From IMG/VR virus record IMGVR_UViG_3300036766_000194, positions 124,001 to 188,000 of that record: DNA of 64,000 bases; one strand, 5' to 3'. Positions within the stretch are counted from its first letter, which is position 1, and each line of letters begins with the position of its first letter. Positions 18,900-26,502 of this stretch are shown in pieces. Below the pieces are notes generated by a model that ran no database searches, had not been told where the DNA came from, and saw nothing but the letters and a program-made list of their open reading frames with translations. The position numbers and the translations under genes are program-made.

Positions 18900-20240
18900 T
18901 CACGCTGGACCAAATTTAGGATTACATTCTAAACAATCGCATCCCTCAGAATGACTATCACTGAACCCTATTGGGAGGAGGTCTTTATTATAAATATCAT
19001 AGGTACCTTCAAATTGCTTACTCTCCAGGGGTTTTTGAATAGCAGCAATTTTCCTAACAAAGTCTCTAAATATTTCCTCTGTAACAACAAAGCCAGGAGC
19101 CTCAAATATATGAGCCAGAAGATCCGCCACCCCTGGATCCTTATCTTCTTCAGCCGCTTGATACAACATGAACAAGTCCTTCTTTAGGGGATTACTAAGA
19201 ATCTCATTCACTAACACGGCATGAGGATCCATAGTTACTTCAGCTTCGGGTTCAGTGTAGCGCGTAATAGGTTGGCGAGTGCCATTCTTCAAAGCGGTCA
19301 CTACTTCCTGAGAACGTTCTACAGAATTCCTCAATTGTTCTGCTTCACGCTCCTCGTAAGGACGTTTATTAGCCGACGCAATATATCCCACAACCGAAGT
19401 GAATATGGCTATCTTATTGTCTGGGTAATTTCCTTGATAGACCATTTGTAGAACAGCATCGCGTTCAAACTCGGTGAGAGTCCAATTCTCTTCTTCAGCC
19501 CACTTAGTAATTTCCATCTTCTCAAGTATTCTTGCTGCTGTAACGCGGAGCAAGGTGCGAAAGGTTAGAGCCTTTTCCAATAAGTCTACTTCTTGCCAGA
19601 CTATGGGATTATGCTCAGTGACCTCCACCGTAGTTATATCCTCTACTACAACTCCCGTATCAATATGAATCCACTCTTGTATATTGGCTACTTCGGCATA
19701 GTCTACAATCAATCCTAGCAGGTCACACTTTATACACGCAAAGATAGACTTAGCTAGTTTATTGGGGAGACCTGCTTCCTTAGAGAAATAATTAGGACAT
19801 TCCTGTTTAATAAATTGCCAGATGGTTACGTCGGGTTGGGTAAAGAACATCTTAGGATCATAACCCTCTTTGCGTACGACTTCAGCAAAGTGGCGACCGT
19901 TTTCAAGGATCTCAGCATATTGTTCAAGGTCTCCTGTAGAAGAACTGAACACTCCACTAGTCGTAACAAACTGCTTACCATAGCGGGCATCTCCCCCAAA
20001 TAGTGCTTTACGGTCATACACAAAGCAACATTCAATTTCACGAAAGCGAGGATCGTGAACCATCTCCCAAGTAGGACCCAGCGTCTTTACAACTCCAATG
20101 TGTTCGTCAAATAGATACCCGGTAATGATTTGACAATACTCATATTCTTCCTGAGTAACCTCCTGATCATCAGCCTGGATACGATATTCAAACTTGGCAT
20201 CATCTACTAACCCAAACAATCCTCGTAACTTACGATCCAT
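18900..20240 (-). CDS. hypothetical protein (446 aa)
   Basis: long ORF, GAGG SD, C-terminal HSEGCDCLEC. Confidence 0.7.
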   Translation of the reverse strand: MDRKLRGLFGLVDDAKFEYRIQADDQEVTQEEYEYCQIITGYLFDEHIGVVKTLGPTWEMVHDPRFREIECCFVYDRKALFGGDARYGKQFVTTSGVFSSSTGDLEQYAEILENGRHFAEVVRKEGYDPKMFFTQPDVTIWQFIKQECPNYFSKEAGLPNKLAKSIFACIKCDLLGLIVDYAEVANIQEWIHIDTGVVVEDITTVEVTEHNPIVWQEVDLLEKALTFRTLLRVTAARILEKMEITKWAEEENWTLTEFERDAVLQMVYQGNYPDNKIAIFTSVVGYIASANKRPYEEREAEQLRNSVERSQEVVTALKNGTRQPITRYTEPEAEVTMDPHAVLVNEILSNPLKKDLFMLYQAAEEDKDPGVADLLAHIFEAPGFVVTEEIFRDFVRKIAAIQKPLESKQFEGTYDIYNKDLLPIGFSDSHSEGCDCLECNPKFGPA

Positions 20241-20755
20241 CGCTTTTGTCCTCTAGACTTTTAATACTGAATTCTTAACATGGGAAGGCAATTTGTCCCA
20301 ACATTCTAAACAAGCCGCCTTAACTGGTGGACCGGAGGATAATGTATGAACAAAAATGTGTTCAATTCTACTCGGACGGTCCGTAAGAAGTACATTTTAA
20401 ACAGTTAAGGGGGTGATCCTAATATCTAGCACGATTTACCTCGGGTTGGACGGAGACCCGAGGATTTCGTGTGTTCAAATGAATAATTTCTTATTAAAGA
20501 TTATGTATAATCTGAAGATTGCCCTGCGCAATAGTCATGGTCCCAACAGAGATGTTCTACGCTTATGCGTGTCCAATCTCCATCTTCTTTTCGTTTCCAC
20601 TTAGTATTCATCCTAGTAGGTGTTTTTCCACAAAATTTATCACAATATCTAAACAGATATTCACAAGGACGGGAAGATTTGTATTCAGATTTGAGGACTA
20701 GGTTTTCTCTATCACACAAATTACAAGTTTCTGTCATGATAGTATTATTACTCAC

Positions 20756-20965
20756 ATGAGACCCTTTGAATGTAAAGACTGTAAAGAATCCTTCCCCACA
20801 GCAGAGTTCTTTGTGTATCACATTGACACCTGTAAACCGAAAAAGAACATAGATCTCACTCTAAAAGAACTGATAGAAATAAAGAATTACCTAGAGGCGT
20901 TCTCAATTCCGGGAGAAAGAAAGTTACATAAGTTGATTAAAAGACTCAACGAGGTGTTGTCATGA
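20756..20965 (+). CDS. C2H2-like Zn-finger protein
   Basis: FECKDCKESF.....F..H...C. Confidence 0.5.
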   Translation: MRPFECKDCKESFPTAEFFVYHIDTCKPKKNIDLTLKELIEIKNYLEAFSIPGERKLHKLIKRLNEVLS

Positions 20966-21099
20966 TCGGTTGGCTACTTTTCTCGGTGGTCGTAAAGAAT
21001 ACTACTACGACATTGCCGATTGGGTAAGTGACATGGAAGACTCTAAAATTCCTGAGTACATCCGTAGATGGATAGAACGTAATAATCCCGAACCAGACT

Positions 21100-21321
21100 A
21101 TGAAGAGGAAAATGAGCAAATTTCTACATAGTGGATTTGAAATGCGTGAGGGACCGTCCAGTGACGATTATCGTTACGCGGCCCTTATCCCCGAGTCAGA
21201 ACGTTGTTCTACTTGTAAGGGGTTGAGGATCGTTAGAATACAACATTCCTGGACCGGGGAAGATTGGCAGGAATGTTACGTTTGCCGAGGGACGGGGAGA
21301 AAATCATATTCTTTATTGTAG
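21100..21321 (+). CDS. small DnaJ-type Zn-finger protein
   Basis: CSTCKG...CYVCRGTG. Confidence 0.55.
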   Translation: MKRKMSKFLHSGFEMREGPSSDDYRYAALIPESERCSTCKGLRIVRIQHSWTGEDWQECYVCRGTGRKSYSLL

Positions 21322-21566
21322 GAGTAATTTTATTGTTGTGTTTCGGTATGTTTATGTCTTCTAGAGAAGACACCGTTCAGTCTAGAACGAATTCTTCACG
21401 TTTTGCTATCGTTTTCGAAGAACATCTGAACAGTCACATGATAGAAGTTTGGGAAGATAAAGAAACTCATCAAGAAATCGTTTGCGTCTATAATAAAATG
21501 GCTTCGCCTTCATGTTTCTTATCGGGAAGGTCATTTCCCCTTACAGAGACGCCAACCCAGCGTTAA
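21264..21566 (+). CDS. small membrane-anchored protein
   Basis: N-terminal TM segment. Confidence 0.5.
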   Translation: MAGMLRLPRDGEKIIFFIVGVILLLCFGMFMSSREDTVQSRTNSSRFAIVFEEHLNSHMIEVWEDKETHQEIVCVYNKMASPSCFLSGRSFPLTETPTQR

Positions 21567-21649
21567 TCCACATCCCGCCGCAAATCCGTAAGCAAACATA
21601 GAAATAAGTTGAAACAGAAGAAATTGCATAGATAATCCCCAATCTAAAT

Positions 21650-22273
21650 TCAAGACTTTACCCTTGGTTCTACTTCTTCGTGCTTCGGCTTATAGTGTCC
21701 GGTCGCCCATAAAGACATAATCTTTATAACATCTTCATCTTCATACCCCTGTACTTCTTTACACACGTCAAAAGTACTTTCGGAAAACGAAGGAAGTTTG
21801 TCTACATCTCCACGCTCCATTAAAACAATGCTACTCATCACAGTTGTGCCGTTGGAATCTTCCGTAAAGAACCCTACAACACGAGAACGAGAAGGATCAA
21901 CAAATATACTAACCTTAAAGGAAGAATCCTTATCAGGAATCCAGTGAAATTCTAATAGACGAATAGTGTCGTCATCGGGATAGATGTTTATGCTGGTTAG
22001 GTTGAACACAATAGGTTGCTTTAAGGACTGGGTAATTCCCGTCTTATTGTCATAATAAGATATCAATACAAAAGAGGGGTCAGAGTCGGCTAATTTTATG
22101 TGATAAGGAGTAAATTTTCCCTTCCCGCAAAATGAAGCATTGTATTCTCCAACCACTGGTTTAAGACTAGATTTCCATTCTTTTTGAGGGATTTCAATGT
22201 ATTCGGATTTTAATTGTTCACTTGTGATTGAAGGAAATAAGAAAATTGCTAGTATGATTGCTATAATCTTCAT
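21650..22273 (-). CDS. secreted hypothetical protein
   Basis: signal peptide MKIIAIILAIFLF; GGGAG SD. Confidence 0.6.
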   Translation of the reverse strand: MKIIAIILAIFLFPSITSEQLKSEYIEIPQKEWKSSLKPVVGEYNASFCGKGKFTPYHIKLADSDPSFVLISYYDNKTGITQSLKQPIVFNLTSINIYPDDDTIRLLEFHWIPDKDSSFKVSIFVDPSRSRVVGFFTEDSNGTTVMSSIVLMERGDVDKLPSFSESTFDVCKEVQGYEDEDVIKIMSLWATGHYKPKHEEVEPRVKS

Positions 22274-22346
22274 GAAGACTCCCGAACTACTCTTATGTTT
22301 TGTGGGTTTAAGTTTTTATTTATCTTGATTAGCGGGAATGAAGAAG

Positions 22347-22422
22347 TGGTAGGACCACAAGGATTCGAACCCTGGTATCGGAGGTAGAAGCTCCGCGCTC
22401 TGTCCGATTGAGCTATGGTCCC
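22347..22422 (-). tRNA. tRNA-Arg(TCT)
   Basis: CGGAG-CT TCT AC-CTCCG, CCA. Confidence 0.93.
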
Positions 22423-22426
22423 ACTT

Positions 22427-22502
22427 TGGAGGCCGGAGCGGGGTACGATCCCGCACACTTGGTTTAGGAAACCAGCGCACTGTCCATTTGTGCTATCCAG
22501 CC
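22427..22502 (-). tRNA. tRNA-Arg(CCT)
   Basis: anticodon loop TT CCT AA; T-loop ATCGTAC; CCA. Confidence 0.88.
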
Positions 22503-22507
22503 AAACT

Positions 22508-22582
22508 TGGTAGTCCCCACAGGACTCGAACCTGCAAAACGATGTTCGTAGCATCGTGTGATATCCATTTCACCAAGGGACC
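22508..22582 (-). tRNA. tRNA-Arg(ACG)
   Basis: CGATG-CT ACG AA-CATCG, CCA. Confidence 0.93.
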
Positions 22583-22585
22583 ACA

Positions 22586-22661
22586 TGGTATTCCCGGAGA
22601 GATTCGAACTCTCGTATCATCCTTCGGAGGAATGCGCCTGAGTCCACTAGGCTACGGGAAT
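22586..22661 (-). tRNA. tRNA-Arg(CCG)
   Basis: CATTC-CT CCG AA-GGATG, CCA. Confidence 0.93.
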
Positions 22662-22737
22662 AAACTCTATTAAACGCCGGATAGACTACAAAATTCTTCC
22701 GAAATCGTCTATCCGGTCACTATGACCGGGTATCTGG

Positions 22738-22812
22738 TGGATCCCAGAACTGGATTCGAACCAGTATGAATTCGTTCAGAGCGAATTAGGCTACCTATTG
22801 CCTCATCTGGGA
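22738..22812 (-). tRNA. tRNA-Gln(CTG)
   Basis: ATTCG-CT CTG AA-CGAAT, T1-A72, CCA. Confidence 0.9.
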
Positions 22813-22844
22813 ATTGAAACTCATGTCGTACAAGATGAAAAGCG

Positions 22845-22966
22845 GTAATGATAAGGTTCACCGCCGTCATCATTACGGAGAGCTTCTGTGACCTTTGGCA
22901 ATGCGCATTCACACTGGTCATGCTCTTCCTGCGGACACCCGCCGTTTAAACGAACCATATCATTAC
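22845..22966 (-). ncRNA. candidate structured RNA in a tRNA spacer
   Basis: 14/15-bp closing helix plus three nested helices. Confidence 0.5.
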
Positions 22967-22979
22967 TCCTTTCTAAAAT

Positions 22980-23054
22980 TGGCTCTCCGAGTAGGACTTG
23001 AACCTACAACCTTTCGGTTAACAGCCGACTGCTCCGCCATTGAGCTACCGGAGA
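22980..23054 (-). tRNA. tRNA-Asn(GTT)
   Basis: canonical Asn body, CCA. Confidence 0.93.
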
Positions 23055-23060
23055 ATTGAT

Positions 23061-23090
23061 AGGAGATGATAGTCGCGACTATCATCTCCT
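23061..23090. repeat. perfect 30-bp palindrome
   Basis: AGGAGATGATAGTCG-CGACTATCATCTCCT. Confidence 0.9.
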
Positions 23091-23097
23091 TCTTAAC

Positions 23098-23174
23098 TAG
23101 TCGGCCAATTCTTGAATTTTGGCATTTCCAGCTCTGCCAATGGCGGCTGGCGTCTTTCCGTTAAACGACGACTA
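23098..23174 (-). ncRNA. candidate tRNA-like four-way-junction RNA
   Basis: TAGTCG/CGACTA closes three hairpins; the first loop has GG, the last contains TTCAAG. Confidence 0.45.
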
Positions 23175-23176
23175 AA

Positions 23177-23252
23177 TGGCTGGGGCGGGAGGACTCGAAC
23201 CTCCAAGTACCTGAGTAACAGTCAGGCGCTGTACCGATTGAGCCACACCCCA
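23177..23252 (-). tRNA. tRNA-Asn(GTT), second divergent copy
   Basis: CCTGA-CT GTT AC-TCAGG, T1-A72, G73, CCA. Confidence 0.9.
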
Positions 23253-23270
23253 ATTGAACTTCTACAACTC

Positions 23271-23346
23271 TGGTGGAGCAGATGGGATTTGAACCCACAT
23301 CCTTCGCATTGCAAGTGCGCTGCGCCGCCAATTGCGCCACTGCCCC
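23271..23346 (-). tRNA. tRNA-Ala(TGC)
   Basis: G3:U70, anticodon TGC, CCA. Confidence 0.94.
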
Positions 23347-23355
23347 AAAGTTAAG

Positions 23356-23429
23356 TGGTAGGGCTAGGGAGAATCGAACTCCCGTCTACTGATTAAGAGT
23401 CAGCAGCTTTACCATTAAGCTATAGCCCT
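23356..23429 (-). tRNA. tRNA-Lys(CTT)
   Basis: GCTGA-CT CTT AA-TCAGT, CCA. Confidence 0.93.
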
Positions 23430-23439
23430 AAAATTGCCC

Positions 23440-23572
23440 ATATTTTTATCCCACGTCGGCTTTACGTTACCTTACGATAACGAGCGTGTGATGCCTTAGA
23501 CTTACGTCCGTAACAGGCGGCATCCACCCGGCTTATTTGCGTGAACGGAGGCAAGCTACCCCCGTCACGCTT
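23440..23572 (-). ncRNA. candidate structured RNA with GNRA-capped hairpins
   Basis: three stems, two GTAA tetraloops on the minus strand. Confidence 0.5.
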
Positions 23573-23579
23573 CATAAAA

Positions 23580-23655
23580 TGGTATCCCCGGCAGGATTTG
23601 AACCTGCGTATCTGGTTTCGTAGACCAGTACCTGAGTCCACTAGGCTACGGGGAC
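23580..23655 (-). tRNA. tRNA-Arg(ACG), second copy
   Basis: CTGGT-CT ACG AA-ACCAG, CCA. Confidence 0.93.
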
Positions 23656-23666
23656 AAAGTAACTTC

Positions 23667-23742
23667 TGGTGGGTCCGGAGGGTTATGATCCCCCATAACG
23701 CTGTTTAAAAGACAGCTGCTTTGCCAGTTAAGCTACGAACCC
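23667..23742 (-). tRNA. tRNA-Lys(TTT)
   Basis: GCTGT-CT TTT AA-ACAGC; T-loop ATCATAA; CCA. Confidence 0.9.
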
Positions 23743-23752
23743 ATTTAAAACT

Positions 23753-23829
23753 TGGGGTGTAGGACGGGTCTCGAACCCGCTTTAACCGGATTCACAGTCC
23801 GGCGCGTCACCTGTTTCGCCTCCTACACC
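23753..23829 (-). tRNA. tRNA-His(GTG)
   Basis: encoded G-1:C73, CCGGA-CT GTG AA-TCCGG, CCA. Confidence 0.92.
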
Positions 23830-23831
23830 AT

Positions 23832-23993
23832 CGTTTAGTGCTTCCTTGTAAAAGGCAGTTTCAGTCCATTTCTTTTTCAAATGGGCATGAACAGCCATAT
23901 CAGTTACTCCTAGTTTCCTAGCACACGGTCCACCATTGTTGTTTTCTCATGAACCCTTCAATGCCCTTTGTAAGAGATACTGAAAGTCACGAA
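23832..23993 (-). ncRNA. candidate rod-shaped RNA between tRNA-Trp and tRNA-His
   Basis: nested long-range helices TTTCAGT/ACTGAAA and CAAAGGGCAT/ATGCCCATTTG. Confidence 0.45.
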
Positions 23994-23995
23994 TG

Positions 23996-24067
23996 CAGGA
24001 TGGGAGGGACTCGAACCCCCGTAAACGGTTTTGGAGACCGTTGTCCTGGCCGCTGAACGACCATCCT
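23996..24067 (-). tRNA. tRNA-Trp(CCA), no encoded CCA end
   Basis: ACGGT-CT CCA AA-ACCGT, A1-U72, G73. Confidence 0.9.
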
Positions 24068-24073
24068 ATTAGT

Positions 24074-24246
24074 CTTACCGCCTGAGCGGTAAGCTGGGTT
24101 CTATTGATTTATGAGATTAAGTGAGTCGGTGGGAACTACGTTGACCCTCAACCTCGAAATTGCGAACCTCAGCTTACCGCCAGAAACACGAGCCTTACGC
24201 TCTATGCCACTGTCGCTTCGCTTCGCTCCGATTTCGTTTCGTTGAG
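24074..24246 (-). promoter_or_regulatory. attenuator-like alternative helices before tRNA array 2
   Basis: 1:2 (24231-24246 with 24147-24160), 2:3 (24164-24180 with 24086-24101), 3:4 (24086-24093 with 24074-24081). Confidence 0.7.
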
Positions 24247-24251
24247 TTCAT
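24195..24251 (-). CDS. leader peptide of tRNA array 2 (MNSTKRNRSEAKRQWHRA)
   Basis: 13 of 17 codons after the ATG are read by tRNAs of the downstream array; follows the promoter motif. Confidence 0.78.
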   Translation of the reverse strand: MNSTKRNRSEAKRQWHRA

Positions 24252-24269
24252 TTTATTGCTCTCGTATAT

Positions 24270-24298
24270 AGAATACGGGATATCTTTCAAAAAGGTTA
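24270..24298 (-). promoter_or_regulatory. promoter of tRNA array 2 (TAACCT-N17-TATTCT)
   Basis: same motif and spacing as the array-1 promoter. Confidence 0.7.
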
Positions 24299-24648
24299 AT
24301 TAGCGATTTTCTTCTTAACAATGCCTTCTTTAACCCATTTCTTGTGACATTCGTTGATAACTTTAATTATCAGTTTTTCCATCTTCTTATTCTTCGTCAT
24401 GATACATCCAAGGCAGTGTCGCGATCAGTCGGTCTCGTTCGCTCCTCTGGCGCAGGCGCTTCGGTCCCGGTTGGCTCTTCTGGGACCGACTCAAACTGTA
24501 TGTGAACGTCCTCCTCAAAAGCATGCCCATTCTGCCAACCCAACTGCCCAGAGAATTTTTGTTGAATTCTCTATTTTACGATGGCGCATCCAATAGAGAA
24601 GACCTATCGTAGCCACCACCCCAAGAACAACGATTATAAAGGTAAGCA

Positions 24649-25161
24649 TTAGTTAATAATCACCCATACTCTAATACGCCATCCAGGATGATAAGGATTA
24701 TACACCCATAGAACCCCATCATCGTCCTGAACTATGTAATAGTCCTCGTAGTAACCCCAAAGCCATTGCTCCGAATAAGCAAACCAGTATCCACCATAAC
24801 GAAAATGGTTACAACCGTTGTAGTAATAGGGACGTCCTACACGGAACTTGTGATTGTATCCAAAGTGGTACGCATAGTATCTCTGGTCAAAACGTTTTCC
24901 ATCCCAATGACGTCTGTTGTAAGAATTCCATTCTCTTTCGTGACGGTCGGTACGATGCCACTCACGACGATCCTCTTTATTCCAGTGACGATTATCTTGC
25001 CGATTCTCCACACGAGGAGATTCTTGTCTTGGACGAACCTGTTCTTGCCGTTGGCGTCCCTCGCTACGGTGAGATTCTACTCGTCCGTGTCCTTGAGAAA
25101 AGGCCGGGACTACCACTAAAAAGGAAAGAATAAAACCAAAAATGAGATTCTTATTCATCAT
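24649..25161 (-). CDS. secreted Arg/His/Tyr/Trp-rich protein
   Basis: signal peptide, low-complexity R/H region, Y/W-rich C-terminal domain. Confidence 0.65.
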   Translation of the reverse strand: MMNKNLIFGFILSFLVVVPAFSQGHGRVESHRSEGRQRQEQVRPRQESPRVENRQDNRHWNKEDRREWHRTDRHEREWNSYNRRHWDGKRFDQRYYAYHFGYNHKFRVGRPYYYNGCNHFRYGGYWFAYSEQWLWGYYEDYYIVQDDDGVLWVYNPYHPGWRIRVWVIIN

Positions 25162-25187
25162 TGTTTGCTCCCTTCTAAAAGAGGTGA

Positions 25188-26186
25188 CTAGTCCTTTTTG
25201 GTGGTATCGGAAAAGTTGACCGTGAATCCCAGGTCTCCGGATTTCTTAATCTTAGGAAAGTTTTTACGGTTGTCCTGTAGACGACAAAGAGTCTCGTCAA
25301 GATCCATACCTAGACAATGGGTGGCCACAATAAGTTCCCGTAGATGTGCCAGACCAAGACCCTGAGTCTTTTTGACCAACTCCTGCAGACTTTTCTCAGG
25401 CATGGTGTTCTTAACAATATTCTTCATGTAGGCGTAGCGAGCTTCCGCAACGGGAGGATTCAAACCAATAACCAAGTCAAAACGTCCTGGGCGCTTTACA
25501 AAGCGATCTTCCAAAACTTCTGGCTTATTGGTGGTTGCTAGATGTACTACGTGGTTGATTTGTTCTTCACCATCCAACAGAGATAGTATTTGACGAGGAC
25601 GGGAACCACTAGATTCCGTGTACTCTTCAATGTCCTCGATGATGGTGAGAATCTTACGTTCAGGTTCAACTTGACGAATATATTGCAAAGCAATAGAAGA
25701 ATTACTCACATTAGAAACATAGAGAACAACCCCGCCTTGCTCATGGATAATCTGATTACAAAGTAGACGGATGATAGAAGTCTTACCACAGCCAGCTGGA
25801 CCGTAAAGAAGGATCCCACGCTTGTGCAGGAATCCACACTTTTTGAATATATCTTCGCTCACCCAAAACTTAGCAATTTGTTTTAGTATGTAATCAATGG
25901 GCATGCCAGGAAGCACCAGAAGGTCGTCAGCAGGAAAGTCTACCTGAGATAGGTACAAACCCTCTCCATCCGTATCGGCCTCATAGATACCAGCAGGAAG
26001 ACGTTCAACAGTGCTTCCTACGGGACGAAATTTCCCCCCACGAACATACCAACGACTATAGGGAATATCTTCCGGTTCAGGCATGGAAGGTTCTGCTAGT
26101 TCTACTTCGTTTTCATCATCATTACGTGGCATTGATGATTCTCCCTGATAGGATGTTTTACTAGGCGGAGGCCACTTTTTTGCCAC
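25188..26186 (-). CDS. AAA+ ATPase
   Basis: GILLYGPAGCGKT, IIEDIE, ATTN.PE.L...F..RPGRFD. Confidence 0.9.
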   Translation of the reverse strand: MAKKWPPPSKTSYQGESSMPRNDDENEVELAEPSMPEPEDIPYSRWYVRGGKFRPVGSTVERLPAGIYEADTDGEGLYLSQVDFPADDLLVLPGMPIDYILKQIAKFWVSEDIFKKCGFLHKRGILLYGPAGCGKTSIIRLLCNQIIHEQGGVVLYVSNVSNSSIALQYIRQVEPERKILTIIEDIEEYTESSGSRPRQILSLLDGEEQINHVVHLATTNKPEVLEDRFVKRPGRFDLVIGLNPPVAEARYAYMKNIVKNTMPEKSLQELVKKTQGLGLAHLRELIVATHCLGMDLDETLCRLQDNRKNFPKIKKSGDLGFTVNFSDTTKKD

Positions 26187-26502
26187 TTTTACCCCAGTAC
26201 ATTACGTGTGGATGTTCCACAGTAGGTAATACCTGAGAATGCCCAATATAGATTAAATGATGATACCCACAAATAGGACAATTCCCATGAGTATTTTGTT
26301 CTACCATATTTCCACAAGATTGACATTCTCTGTTTGCTAAAGAAGGGAGTGGAGGATTTAAAGGAAGGGGTTGTCCCATTAATTCCCAGCGTTTACGAAG
26401 AGAATTATAGAGATGACGGAAAAATTCTTTAGGAGTTATTTCTTCGGCCCACTGCTGCTCCCATGCTAGAAGACAACGATCCACAGGCTTTAGTTCAAGC
26501 AT
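26161..26502 (-). CDS. Zn-ribbon hypothetical protein
   Basis: CQSCG...CPICG. Confidence 0.55.
   Translation of the reverse strand: MLELKPVDRCLLAWEQQWAEEITPKEFFRHLYNSLRKRWELMGQPLPLNPPLPSLANRECQSCGNMVEQNTHGNCPICGYHHLIYIGHSQVLPTVEHPHVMYWGKSGKKVASA

Noticed and set aside
22735-22741. CCACCA 3' end on tRNA-Gln
   Set aside because: Single instance, plausibly chance trailer sequence
22270-23354. ORF-track entries overlapping tRNA array 2
   Set aside because: Shadow frames of tRNAs and structured spacers
23440-23572. Known self-cleaving ribozyme
   Set aside because: No hammerhead, twister, pistol or HDV core could be matched by eye; kept only as an unknown structured RNA
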